From assembly GCA_948485625.1 (NCBI GenBank), contig CAOMRW010000002.1, forward strand, positions 4,452 to 68,451: a stretch of DNA of 64,000 nucleotides. The letters are read 5' to 3'. This DNA comes from an uncultured Clostridia bacterium (lineage in GTDB: Bacteria > Bacillota > Clostridia > TANB77 > CAG-508). Position 1 is the first letter of the stretch. Every line of letters starts with the position of its first letter. Shown in pieces: positions 39,231 to 49,477 of this stretch. The notes beneath the pieces are model-generated. The model made no database searches. It had not been told where the DNA came from and saw only the letters and a program-made list of their open reading frames with translations. A program made the translations under genes and the position numbers.

Positions 39231-40322
39231 CTATAGAGCTAGCTCAATTAATTTATCTAATAACTCACTATACCCAATACCCACATAATCAAAAAGTTTT
39301 GGATACATACTAATACTAGTAAATCCTGGTAAAGTATTTATCTCATTAATAAAAACCTTATCTGTATCATTCTCTATAAAAAAGTCCACACGAGACAATC
39401 CTTTCCCATCAATCGCCTTAAAAGCTTTTATAGCTAGTTCTCTAATTTCATTTGATTTCTCATCAGAAATATTAGTAGGAATCAACACCTTTGATTCTTG
39501 ATTATTATATTTTGCATCATAACTATAAAATTCGTCAGCAGCTTTAATTTCTCCTACACATGAACTAATAACTTCTTCATTTCCTAAAACTGCACATTCA
39601 ACTTCTCTACCAATAATTCCTTCTTCTATTAAAATTTTTCTATCAAACATTGAAGCTTCCACTATAGCTTCTCTTAATTCATCTTTACTATTAACTTTGC
39701 TTATTCCAACACTTGAACCAGAATTTGATGGCTTCACAAACATAGGAAACTTCAATTTATTTATTATTATATCAGAAATATCTTCTAAATCTAAAATAGT
39801 TTCATTAAATTCCTCATCAATATAAATATATTTTTCATCAAAACTTCTTAAATAAACATATTTAGTCTGACTTATACCAGCCTTATCAAAAGCAATTTTT
39901 GAATAAACTTTATCCATTCCAACACTAGAAGCTAAAACTCCACACCCAACATATGGTATCTTTAATAATTCAAAAAGACCTTGTATTGTACCATCTTCTC
40001 CATATAATCCATGTAATACAGGAAAAACAACATCAAGAGATTTTAAAAATTCAATAACATTATCTATATGTATTTTATCTTTTAGTTCTTCTCCTACTAC
40101 CTCATTCTCTTCTAAATTATTGACATTAAACCATTCTCCATTTTTATCTATATAAATTGAATAAATATTATATTTTTCTTTATTTAGATGTTTTATAACT
40201 GAAACACCAGATACACAAGAAACTTCATTTTCTGTTGACATTCCACCAAATATAACACCTAATTTTAACTTTTCCAAAATATTAATCATCTCCTTCAAAA
40301 TATAACCATTAATTTTTTGCAA
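39231..40322 (-). CDS. ddl: D-alanine--D-alanine ligase
   Basis: ATP-grasp motifs. HGLYGEDGTIQG, KPSNSGSSVGISKV, C-terminal NEINTLPGFT. Confidence 0.9.
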   Translation of the reverse strand: MQKINGYILKEMINILEKLKLGVIFGGMSTENEVSCVSGVSVIKHLNKEKYNIYSIYIDKNGEWFNVNNLEENEVVGEELKDKIHIDNVIEFLKSLDVVFPVLHGLYGEDGTIQGLFELLKIPYVGCGVLASSVGMDKVYSKIAFDKAGISQTKYVYLRSFDEKYIYIDEEFNETILDLEDISDIIINKLKFPMFVKPSNSGSSVGISKVNSKDELREAIVEASMFDRKILIEEGIIGREVECAVLGNEEVISSCVGEIKAADEFYSYDAKYNNQESKVLIPTNISDEKSNEIRELAIKAFKAIDGKGLSRVDFFIENDTDKVFINEINTLPGFTSISMYPKLFDYVGIGYSELLDKLIELAL

Positions 40323-41703
40323 GGCTTTCTGCTATCTCAAAAAACCTCATTCCATTTGAAGCTTTAAATAAAATAGCATCTCCGTCTTTCCAATTTTCCT
40401 TAATAAAAGTATCTATTTTTCTCTTATCTTCAAAATAAAAAATATTACAAGAATCCATTCCATTTTTCTCGGCTTCTTCTGCAATATATTTTGCATTTTC
40501 TCCACTACAAATTAGAATATCTATATCATTTTCAGTAACTTCTTTTCCAACTTTTTCATGAAGCTCCTTTGAATATTCACCAAGTTCAAACATATCTCCT
40601 AATACTGCAATCTTCCTATTGTTCTTTAATGCACTCAAATATTTTAAAGATGCTTGCATTGATTCAAAACTTGCATTATAACTATCATTTATAATTGTCA
40701 CTCCATTTTTCAATTCTGTTATATCCATTCTTTTTTTAGTTAGCTCAAATGTTTCAATTCCTCTTTTTATTTGTTCAATACTTAGTCCCAATATATTTCC
40801 AACAGTAGCAGCACACAATGCATTATATACAAAATGAATTCCTCCTACTGGAACTAATACTTTAAATCTTTCTCCTTTTAAATTACAAACGAATTCACTG
40901 TTATTTTCATTTAAAACAATATCTTCTGCCATAACTTCAGATTTGTTTTCAATTCCATATGTATATATTTTTATATCTTTGCTTTTTAAAGATAAATCAT
41001 GCAACAAATCATTATCATTATTAACAACTAATAACTTTTTTTCCATTCCATCTAATATTTCTAACTTAGCTTTCAGAATATTCTCTCTAGAACCTAAATT
41101 ACCAATATGTGATGTCCCTATATTAGTAATAACTGAAATTGTTGGTTTAGCTATTTGAGTTAATTCACTTATTTCTCCAAAATGATTCATCCCCATTTCA
41201 ATTACAGCTGATTGATGGTTTTCAAGTCTAAATATTGTAAATGGCAATCCTATATTATTATTATTATTCCCTTGTGTCTTTAATGTTTCATATTTTTGAG
41301 AAACAACATTTGCTATTATATCTTTTGTACTTGTTTTCCCTACACTTCCTGTTATACCAACAACTGGAAAATTCTCTCCATATAAACTTCTTTTATATTT
41401 TGCAATATCAGAAATTGCCTTAATTGTATCTTCTACTTCTATAATATTTCTATCTTCCAAGCCACTTAACTCTTCTTTTGTAAAATCCACACCTTGTATT
41501 ATTACAGTACTAGCACCTTTTTCAAATGCTTGCTTCCAAAGTAGATTTCCATCAAAATTTTCTCCTTTTATTCCTATATATGTATCACCTGGATTTATTA
41601 TTCTTGTATCTTTACAAAATTCTCTACATTCTGAATTGATATTTCCTTTTATTAATGTTCCTTTTGTTACATCTATTATTTCTTTTATTTTCATTTTTTT
41701 CAT
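40309..41703 (-). CDS. murF: UDP-N-acetylmuramoyl-tripeptide--D-alanyl-D-alanine ligase
   Basis: Mur ligase P-loop GITGSVGKTSTKD and Mur ligase C-domain. Overlaps the ddl start (operon). Confidence 0.9.
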   Translation of the reverse strand: MKKMKIKEIIDVTKGTLIKGNINSECREFCKDTRIINPGDTYIGIKGENFDGNLLWKQAFEKGASTVIIQGVDFTKEELSGLEDRNIIEVEDTIKAISDIAKYKRSLYGENFPVVGITGSVGKTSTKDIIANVVSQKYETLKTQGNNNNNIGLPFTIFRLENHQSAVIEMGMNHFGEISELTQIAKPTISVITNIGTSHIGNLGSRENILKAKLEILDGMEKKLLVVNNDNDLLHDLSLKSKDIKIYTYGIENKSEVMAEDIVLNENNSEFVCNLKGERFKVLVPVGGIHFVYNALCAATVGNILGLSIEQIKRGIETFELTKKRMDITELKNGVTIINDSYNASFESMQASLKYLSALKNNRKIAVLGDMFELGEYSKELHEKVGKEVTENDIDILICSGENAKYIAEEAEKNGMDSCNIFYFEDKRKIDTFIKENWKDGDAILFKASNGMRFFEIAESLAKN

Positions 41704-41782
41704 ATAATCACCTACTCATATTATTCTTGTTAGATTATATGCTTTTTTTATTTTTTTTGCAATCAATAATATTAAAAAAATC

Positions 41783-41885
41783 TGTCATAATCAAAAGCCA
41801 GGTCTTTCCCTCTTACTTTTATATATATAAAAGTAAGGATTAAAGACCTGGCCTCTCATTACTATCATATTAACACAGACTTTTT
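41783..41885. repeat. palindromic MITE/REP-like intergenic element (copy 2)
   Basis: aaaaaatctgtcataatcaaaa-gccaggtctttccctcttactttt...aaaagtaaggattaaagacctggc-...acacagacttttttat. Same termini (aaaaaatctgt / acagacttttttat) and ccaggtct/agacctgg core as copy 1. Confidence 0.6.
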
Positions 41886-41910
41886 TATGGCCCTTTTTTT
41901 TACATAAGTT

Positions 41911-42996
41911 TTATACATCCATTAAATTTGATAAATATTTTTGATTAAATATCTTTGTTGGGATGCATACAACTGGACGAACTGGCAGTATATTTGTATT
42001 AACATATGAATACACCGATAAACTACAATCAGTATCCACATAATATTCTGATTCAGTTCCATATCCAGTTCCAGCAGGAGATGCTAACCAATAATAATTT
42101 ATTGTATCAGATCCATATATTCCATGATTAGAACCTAATTCACTTACACTATTTTTTATTAAACTATATCCTATATTATTAGTTTCAATTTCAATTATAT
42201 TATCTTTATTGTTTCTATTATTATATGAAGCAACTATAAGTTCTAATGTTGGACTACCTATTGCAAACAAAGCATCTTCGTTAGTATAATGACTCCATAA
42301 TTCTGCATCAGTCAGCCATGCAGTAACTCGTATGTTATTGCTTGTATTTTCTTCTGTAAATAATGATTTTATCATAGGATTTAATTTTTGCCCAACTAAA
42401 CTAACATCTGCACCATTTTGATAATTCTCACAATACCTTAATGGTACTTTATCTGCTACTGAATTATCTAAATTATCAGAAATTATATATGTACAACTTG
42501 TATCTTGATAAAATAATCTCCAACCATTTGTTATATCTTCTTTTACATTATAGTTTGTTACTTTCCATCCATATTTATCAGTGTTTATAGCTCTTTTCTT
42601 CCCTATTGTTAATTCTTCTATTGTAATATCTTCATAATTATATGCTACTATTATTGTATATCCATTTCTATATATATTAATACTATTTTCTTCTAAAATT
42701 TCATATTCATCTATTTGATTGTTTTGAACTTTTTCATCTAAAAATTCTTCAAAAGTTATTTTATTAATTTCTTTTTCTATCTCCCATTCATCTAGCACTA
42801 ATCCTATCTCTTCTTCTGCCTGTGCCTTTTCACTTTTCTGCTTACTTTCTTTCGCTTTTTCAAATAATCCGCTTCCTGTTAAACTTGCTATTGATATTCC
42901 TGCTAGTATTAATAATACAATAATGGTTATAATTAATGCTATCAATGTAATCCCTCTAGTATCTCTCATTTCCTTTTTCCTCCTATGTTTCAACAT
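41911..42996 (-). CDS. membrane-anchored extracellular protein: pilin-like N-terminal signal anchor + unknown C-terminal domain
   Basis: N-terminus ...RGITLIALIITIIVLLILAGISIASLTGSGLFEKAKESKQKS is the third paralogue of the conserved signal anchor. The C-terminal 260 aa have no recognised motif (Cys/His-containing, possibly hydrolase-like). Confidence 0.65.
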   Translation of the reverse strand: MLKHRRKKEMRDTRGITLIALIITIIVLLILAGISIASLTGSGLFEKAKESKQKSEKAQAEEEIGLVLDEWEIEKEINKITFEEFLDEKVQNNQIDEYEILEENSINIYRNGYTIIVAYNYEDITIEELTIGKKRAINTDKYGWKVTNYNVKEDITNGWRLFYQDTSCTYIISDNLDNSVADKVPLRYCENYQNGADVSLVGQKLNPMIKSLFTEENTSNNIRVTAWLTDAELWSHYTNEDALFAIGSPTLELIVASYNNRNNKDNIIEIETNNIGYSLIKNSVSELGSNHGIYGSDTINYYWLASPAGTGYGTESEYYVDTDCSLSVYSYVNTNILPVRPVVCIPTKIFNQKYLSNLMDV

Positions 42997-43467
42997 TTTT
43001 CTATATTTATTTCCCTCTCTTAATATAACTTAATAAAACTATGTAGTGGATAACAAAAGAGTAAGAATGTAATATTATCAATCCTTAAAAGCACTGGTAT
43101 TACTGCATCATTGTCTTAAATAGCAACTTCTACTAATACATGTATTCTCTATGAGTTATTATATATTTTGCTATATTATAAAACAATAAAAGTATCTACT
43201 TTTTGTAGTCACTTTTTAACATAATATCTTAACAATCAAATACTTTTTTATAATCATTATTCACTACTTATATTAATACTAGTATTATATAAATACTATC
43301 ATCACTACTAATACAACTAATTTTATTTTCTTATTGCCTTTTTATAAACATTCATAATACTCTCTCTTTTGCCTATTATCAATTATTTTAATAGTTGCAA
43401 TAATTAATAATATAAATAAAAATATTAGAACATTGCTAAAAAACAACATTCTAATATTAAAAATAAA

Positions 43468-43647
43468 CTACTTATTTTCAACTGAACGATTTGCTATCTC
43501 TATAGCCTTAGTAACTATATTCCCACAATCTCTAGAAGAAACACTTGCCCAACTACCACCATCTTTTTTTACTTGGTCATAAACACCTAACTCTTTGGCA
43601 ATTTCTTCTCTTAAATTTTCAGATATTAACTTACTATTTCTAGACAT
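43468..43647 (-). CDS. small acid-soluble spore protein, alpha/beta type
   Basis: MSRNSKLISENLREEIAKELGV...GGSWASVSSRDCGNIVTKAIEIA matches the SASP alpha/beta signature. ATG 43647 with AAGGAGG RBS 5 nt upstream (track start 43671 is GTG). Confidence 0.85.
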   Translation of the reverse strand: MSRNSKLISENLREEIAKELGVYDQVKKDGGSWASVSSRDCGNIVTKAIEIANRSVENK

Positions 43648-43953
43648 AACATCCTCCTTACTAATCAGCACTATAATCCTATCAAAATAAAATCACAATA
43701 CCAATTCATTAATAAAGTTTATTTAAACTTTATCAATATTATTATTAACAAAAAAACAAATAATATTTTGCCAATAAAAGACCATTAAACAACAAATTGA
43801 CAAATCACCAAAAAATATCCAACATTAAAAATACAAATTAAAATTAAAAATTAACCACCAGCAGGCAATTTCAAAGAATAATTTTCAAAATTAATAGTAG
43901 TAAAAATCTCAAACACATGATATACTATAATAGACTAAAAAAAGGAGAAAAAC

Positions 43954-45477
43954 ATGGAAGTAAAAGAAAAAGCAAAACTAATAACGGAAGAAACGACTTC
44001 ATTAGTTATAAATAATTATGAAAACAAAAAACGATCAGATATATTCACAATCTTTGGAATACTATGTTTTATATTTATATTGCTACTATTAATAACATTC
44101 TGTATATTTACACTAATAAATACTAAAAGTAACAAAATAGCAAATGGTGTTTATATAAAAGGAATTGATGTATCCAATTTAACAAAAGAAGAAGCAAAAC
44201 AAAAAATATCTCAATATATAAATTCCTCAATACCAGAAGAAATAAAACTAAAACACAATGATTTTGAAACATCTATATCTCCATCACAATTAACAATATA
44301 CTTCAATACAAATCAAGCTATCGATATAGCATATCAAATTGGTAAAAATGATAATATATTTCAAAACAATTTAGAAATTTTAAAAGCATTATTTTTTAAA
44401 ATACATATAGACCCTGGATTCACAATTAATGAAGAACAGTTAAAACATAATTTACAAGACATATCATCAAAATTACCAGACAGAGTAATTGAAAGTAGCT
44501 GTTATATTGATGGAAATAATCTAATAATAACAAAAGGTTGTAAAGGAACAATAATAAAAGTAGAAGAATCCGCAAATTATATAAAAAATAATATAAACAT
44601 TTTAAACTTACAAAATGGCCCTTTAGAATTAATAACAGAAACCCAATCACCAACACCAATAAATTTAGATGCCATATATAATGAAATACATAAACCTCCT
44701 GTTGATGCATACTACACACAAAATCCATATAGAGTACATCCAAGTGAAAATGGATTAGACTTCAATATCTCATTAGAAGATGCAAAAAAACTACTACAAG
44801 AAGAAAAAGAGGAATATATAATTCCACTAAAAATAGTTTACCCAAATATAACAACAAATATGATTGGAACAGAAGCTTTTCCAGACTTATTATCAGAATT
44901 CTCAACAAAATATGCAACAAGTAATAGAAATCGTACAACAAATCTAATTTTAGCAGCAAACAAAATAAATGGAACAGTATTAATGCCAGGAGAAACATTC
45001 TCTTACAACAAAGTAGTTGGAGAAAGAACAATAGAAGCAGGATACAAAGAAGCACCAATATATGTTGAAGGCAGAGTTGAAGATGGTTTAGGAGGAGGAA
45101 TCTGCCAAATAACAACAACTCTATATAATGCAGCATTATTTGCCAATTTAGATATAATAGAAAGAAGTAATCATCAATTCATACCATCATATGCAAATGC
45201 TAGTAGAGATGCAACAGTTGTCTATGGAGCTATTGATTTCAAATTTAAAAACAATAGAAATTATCCTATAAAAATTACATGTTCTGTTGCAAATGGAATC
45301 GCAAATTTCAAAATATTTGGTCTAAAAACAGATGAAGATTATGATGTAGAAATAACCTCTAGAATAACAGGAACAACATCTAATGCAATATATTCAGAAG
45401 CATACAAAATTTTAAAGAAAAATGGAGCAATCATAAGTAGTGAAATTTTATCAAAAGATACATATAAAAAACATTAA
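43954..45477 (+). CDS. VanW family protein
   Basis: N-terminal TM. VanW core GGGICQITTTLYNAALFANLDIIERSNHQF...ASRDATVVYG. Confidence 0.8.
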   Translation: MEVKEKAKLITEETTSLVINNYENKKRSDIFTIFGILCFIFILLLLITFCIFTLINTKSNKIANGVYIKGIDVSNLTKEEAKQKISQYINSSIPEEIKLKHNDFETSISPSQLTIYFNTNQAIDIAYQIGKNDNIFQNNLEILKALFFKIHIDPGFTINEEQLKHNLQDISSKLPDRVIESSCYIDGNNLIITKGCKGTIIKVEESANYIKNNINILNLQNGPLELITETQSPTPINLDAIYNEIHKPPVDAYYTQNPYRVHPSENGLDFNISLEDAKKLLQEEKEEYIIPLKIVYPNITTNMIGTEAFPDLLSEFSTKYATSNRNRTTNLILAANKINGTVLMPGETFSYNKVVGERTIEAGYKEAPIYVEGRVEDGLGGGICQITTTLYNAALFANLDIIERSNHQFIPSYANASRDATVVYGAIDFKFKNNRNYPIKITCSVANGIANFKIFGLKTDEDYDVEITSRITGTTSNAIYSEAYKILKKNGAIISSEILSKDTYKKH

Positions 45478-45616
45478 AATATTTTTTATCTCATATTAGA
45501 AATTGTAAAATTTTACTTTGTTCGCTTGAATAAAGTAGAAAACTATTGTAATATATTACCAACCTTTCGATGTCAAAGGTAGTTCTTACATAAGGACGGA
45601 AAAGGGGTAAACAAGA

Positions 45617-45727
45617 TGACACAGCCTAACCTTATTCTAAAGTTGATTGAACAGTTATTATCAGAAAGAGAAAAGAACATCAAACTTCAATTACAATTAG
45701 AAGAATACAAAAAGAGTAAAGACTAGA
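45617..45727 (+). CDS. candidate 36-aa coiled-coil peptide (MTQPNLILKLIEQLLSEREKNIKLQLQLEEYKKSKD)
   Basis: ATG 45617 with AAAGGGG RBS. Lies alone in a 450-bp intergenic region with flanking hairpins. Below the track cutoff. Confidence 0.2.
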
Positions 45728-45926
45728 ATGTGTCATACATAATCGAAAGTGGAAAAGCTATTACGGGAGTTTTTCTGCTTTTTAATTTTGGACATAAAAA
45801 AAGTAGTGTATTACGGTACACTACGAGCAAACAATATACACAAGCCTGACCTAAAGTACATTGTTTTAATGTAACTATATGATAACATCTTTTTTAGATT
45901 TGTCAAATCAAATCTCTTTGAAAAAT

Positions 45927-47288
45927 TTACATAGTTAAAGTCCCATTAGGAGTATTAGTAATAATCAAAACATCCTCTTCTCTACCATTCTGAGCATTAA
46001 TATATACTAAAAATTCTCTATCATCAACTTTCCCCTTAAATTCATAACATAAAATCTCTGTTTTATACTCAGTTGGAATAATAGCTAACCCTTCAGAAGC
46101 AATATTTAAATCTTTATTTAATGTTTTTTTAGCCTCATCTTTTGTTATTTTAACATTAGAAATATCTCTTTGAGTATGATTATTCAAATAACCAGTTGTC
46201 TCAATTCCTAGTACTTCCCCATTATCCAATGCCACTTTTACTTTTATTAAATCTGAATAAATTATTACATCATTTTGAGTATAAGCATAATTAATAGTAA
46301 CAATTCCATCCCTTTTCAAATAATAAGTCTCTTTCATATTTTGAAAACCATGTTTATTTAAAAAGTCTTTTCCTTTTTGATTAGCATCTTCTTGAGAAAT
46401 TATTTCAGTATTCACATCTCTATTTGAATTCATATAAACTATATGGCCACCTTTTTTAGAAACTGATATACTAATATTATCTCCTGTTACTGTTGTTATA
46501 GAAAAATTATATTCTGGAATATTAGCATTTTCAGAATAACCAAGATTCTGGATTTCTTTAATATTATTATTTCCTACAAACTCAATAACTTTTTGTTTAG
46601 CCATTTCTTCATCTATATCTTCACCTATTAATCCCTTTTTTTCACTACTAGTTAAATGTTCAGAAAAAGCACCATCATATATTAAACCTGAATATTCATG
46701 AAAATTTTCTTCTAAATTACTAAAACCATCCAAAGAACTTGTACTTACTTGTTGAGCAAAAGCTACTTCTCCCTTATTTGCAAGTTCATTCCATTTAATT
46801 CTTCCAGAATTTATATCATCTGACAATTGATTTAATGTATTTTCAAGTTCAACACTATATGAATGTAAATTTTTCAAATTATTTAAATCTTCATCTGTTA
46901 AATTCTCATTATAAATATTTTTTCTTGACAAAGAATAACTATAATCACTAACCTGATTTAAAAATCTTTCAGTATTCTCTAATTCTTGGCTTTCTATTGG
47001 TAATTGAGCAAGATATGCTTGAGCCAAATTTGCCTCTCTCCATACATTTGTCAAAGTCTCTGCACCATGCTCAGGAGTACTTGAAATCAAAGACTTAGCA
47101 AGAAAAGTTTCTACATTTTGAACATAATCTACCAATTCATAAAAAGCCATATTATAAGAATTTTCTGAAGCTTGTTTAGCCTCTTTTCTTCTATTTATTA
47201 AAACAGCTACTAGACATATAATCACAACTAAAAATATTGTAATTATACTTAACATATGTGCCTTTTTTAATCTATCTATCCAATTCAT
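45927..47288 (-). CDS. ypeB: germination protein YpeB (PepSY-domain)
   Basis: N-terminal TM, YpeB-type central region, C-terminal PepSY repeats. Immediately downstream of sleB/cwlJ. Confidence 0.8.
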   Translation of the reverse strand: MNWIDRLKKAHMLSIITIFLVVIICLVAVLINRRKEAKQASENSYNMAFYELVDYVQNVETFLAKSLISSTPEHGAETLTNVWREANLAQAYLAQLPIESQELENTERFLNQVSDYSYSLSRKNIYNENLTDEDLNNLKNLHSYSVELENTLNQLSDDINSGRIKWNELANKGEVAFAQQVSTSSLDGFSNLEENFHEYSGLIYDGAFSEHLTSSEKKGLIGEDIDEEMAKQKVIEFVGNNNIKEIQNLGYSENANIPEYNFSITTVTGDNISISVSKKGGHIVYMNSNRDVNTEIISQEDANQKGKDFLNKHGFQNMKETYYLKRDGIVTINYAYTQNDVIIYSDLIKVKVALDNGEVLGIETTGYLNNHTQRDISNVKITKDEAKKTLNKDLNIASEGLAIIPTEYKTEILCYEFKGKVDDREFLVYINAQNGREEDVLIITNTPNGTLTM

Positions 47289-47309
47289 AATATTATCATC
47301 CTTTCAATT

Positions 47310-47783
47310 TTATTTACAAAATCTATGTTTTCCAATAGTCTTAACTAATGGTCTAGACCAAATCCACTTATTTGTAGCAGTTGCTGGATTAAAATAATAT
47401 ACACAACCACCTGTTGGATCCCAACCATTCATAGCATCTTGTGCAGCCTTATAAACAGTTGAACCTTTATCAATTGAAACATTTATCTGCCCATCTGCAA
47501 CAGCAGTAAAAGCACCAGATTGATATATTACTCCAGAAATAGAATTTGGAAACCTTGAATCTTTTACTCTATTTAAAATAACTGCTCCGACAGCAACTTG
47601 TCCTTCATAAGGCTCTCCCCTAGCCTCTCCATTTATTGCCCTTGCCATTAACTGAATATCTGAAGTATTAGAAGAAGCCGCTAAACTTACCGTATTTACA
47701 TTCCCTTTATCCACAATAAATATACAAATTGTGGATAGTATTATAAGAAATACTATCAAAATCACCTTTATAAAATTTTTCAC
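47310..47783 (-). CDS. sleB: spore cortex-lytic enzyme, SleB/CwlJ hydrolase domain only
   Basis: Signal peptide plus Hydrolase_2 motifs LMARAINGEARGEPYEGQVAVGAVILNRV...GVIYQSGAFTAV. No peptidoglycan-binding domain (CwlJ-like length). Confidence 0.8.
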   Translation of the reverse strand: MKNFIKVILIVFLIILSTICIFIVDKGNVNTVSLAASSNTSDIQLMARAINGEARGEPYEGQVAVGAVILNRVKDSRFPNSISGVIYQSGAFTAVADGQINVSIDKGSTVYKAAQDAMNGWDPTGGCVYYFNPATATNKWIWSRPLVKTIGKHRFCK

Positions 47784-48000
47784 AAAATCACCCTTTATAT
47801 ATTTTTATCGATTTAAATATAATATATAAAACATATTATTTAATCATTATTTATATTCTGTATAAAAATTTGAAAAATATACCACATTTGAAAAAAAACT
47901 TTTTATATGGTAAAATTATTACAGAAATTATATTAATGTAAAATAAACATAATTTATATTAATATTATCTCTAATATTTATTAAATAAAGGAGACATTCT

Positions 48001-49125
48001 ATGAAAAAAGTTTTAATATTTTATGCCTCATATGGTGGGGGACATTTAAATGCTGCAAAATCAATAAAAGAATATATAGATAAAAATCACCATGATTTTG
48101 AGACAGAACTAATAGATTGTATGAAATATATAAATAAACCAATAGAAAAAATAACAACTGCTGCATACAGAGAAATGGCTAAAAAATTACCATGGGCATG
48201 GGGCAAAATATATTCTGACTCTCAAAAAGGACCATTAGCACACATTACTTCAAGATCAAATATGATATTTGCAATAAAGCTTTTAAAATTATTAAGAGAA
48301 AAACAACCAGATATAATAATTTCAACTCATCCATTTGGAAGTCAAATGTGTAGCTATTTAAAAAGAAAAGATAAAATAAATGCAAAAATAGCAACAATAA
48401 TGACAGACTTTTCTCCACATGACCAATGGCTTGTAGGACATGAACATACAGACTTTTTCTTTGTGGCACATGACAAAATGAAAAATTATTTAATTTCAAA
48501 AAATATACCTGAAAATAAAATATTTCCAACAGGAATACCTATATCGTCAAGATTTTTAGAATATTACAATAGGAAAGAAATTTTATCAGAATTTAATTTA
48601 GAAGAAAATAAAAAAAATATACTATTTTTTGGCGGAGGAGAATTTGGTCTAGGAAAATCTAGAACTATTCAAATTTTTGAAGATTTAGTGAAAAACTTTA
48701 ATAACATACAAATAATTGCAATTGCAGGAAAAAACCAAAAAATGAAATCTCACTTCGAAAATATAGTTAAAGAATACCATAAAGAAAACTCCACAAAAAT
48801 ATTAGAATACACTAATAAAGTACCTGAACTAATGTCAATTTCAGACTTAGTAATTTCAAAACCTGGAGGACTAACAACCTCAGAAAGCCTAGCATCAGAA
48901 TTACCAATGATAATAATAAATCCTATCCCAGGTCAAGAAGAAGAAAATGCTGAATTTTTAGAAAGTAAGGGAACAGGAATATGGATTAAGAAAAATGACT
49001 CATGCTATGAAATATTCAAAGATTTACTTTATAATCCACAAAAACTACAAAAAATGAAAGAAAACACAAAAACACTAGCAAAAAAACACTCTACTGAAGA
49101 CATTTGCAAAATAACTTTATCTTAG
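48001..49125 (+). CDS. ugtP: glycosyltransferase family 28, processive diacylglycerol glucosyltransferase UgtP/MGDG-synthase-like
   Basis: MGDG_synth N-domain (MKKVLIF...GGGH..AAKSI) plus Glyco_tran_28_C. Confidence 0.75.
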   Translation: MKKVLIFYASYGGGHLNAAKSIKEYIDKNHHDFETELIDCMKYINKPIEKITTAAYREMAKKLPWAWGKIYSDSQKGPLAHITSRSNMIFAIKLLKLLREKQPDIIISTHPFGSQMCSYLKRKDKINAKIATIMTDFSPHDQWLVGHEHTDFFFVAHDKMKNYLISKNIPENKIFPTGIPISSRFLEYYNRKEILSEFNLEENKKNILFFGGGEFGLGKSRTIQIFEDLVKNFNNIQIIAIAGKNQKMKSHFENIVKEYHKENSTKILEYTNKVPELMSISDLVISKPGGLTTSESLASELPMIIINPIPGQEEENAEFLESKGTGIWIKKNDSCYEIFKDLLYNPQKLQKMKENTKTLAKKHSTEDICKITLS

Positions 49126-49218
49126 CACCATGTCCAATTGGAACAGATATTGCTATATAATATTTAACAATAAGAAATTGAGTAACAAAATCTTAAAAAA
49201 CACATAAAATAGCACGAG

Positions 49219-49419
49219 GTGTATTTTATGTGTTTTTCTGATTTTTCAAGTTGTAATTTAATTGGACTTTCTAGTAGTATTGCTATATCAATTAGCAATA
49301 ACTTATCTGCTGATGAAATAAGTATATTATCAATATTTTTAAATTCATTAGCTGATAATTTAGGAATTATTGCAACTAAAAAATCAATAGAAGAATCTAA
49401 TAAAAACTATTCCTTATAA
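49219..49419 (+). CDS. hypothetical small protein
   Basis: ORF only. Ser/Ile-rich. Weak. Confidence 0.25.
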   Translation: MYFMCFSDFSSCNLIGLSSSIAISISNNLSADEISILSIFLNSLADNLGIIATKKSIEESNKNYSL

Positions 49420-49477
49420 ATTAACATCTGTCCCCACTGGGACAAAAATGTCCCAAAAGAAACGTCCCCATGGGACA

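Noticed and set aside
43672-43953. Sigma-G-type forespore promoter upstream of the SASP gene
   Set aside because: The expected -35 GnATr / -10 CATnnTA pair could not be placed convincingly by eye in the 280-bp divergent intergenic region. Left uncalled.
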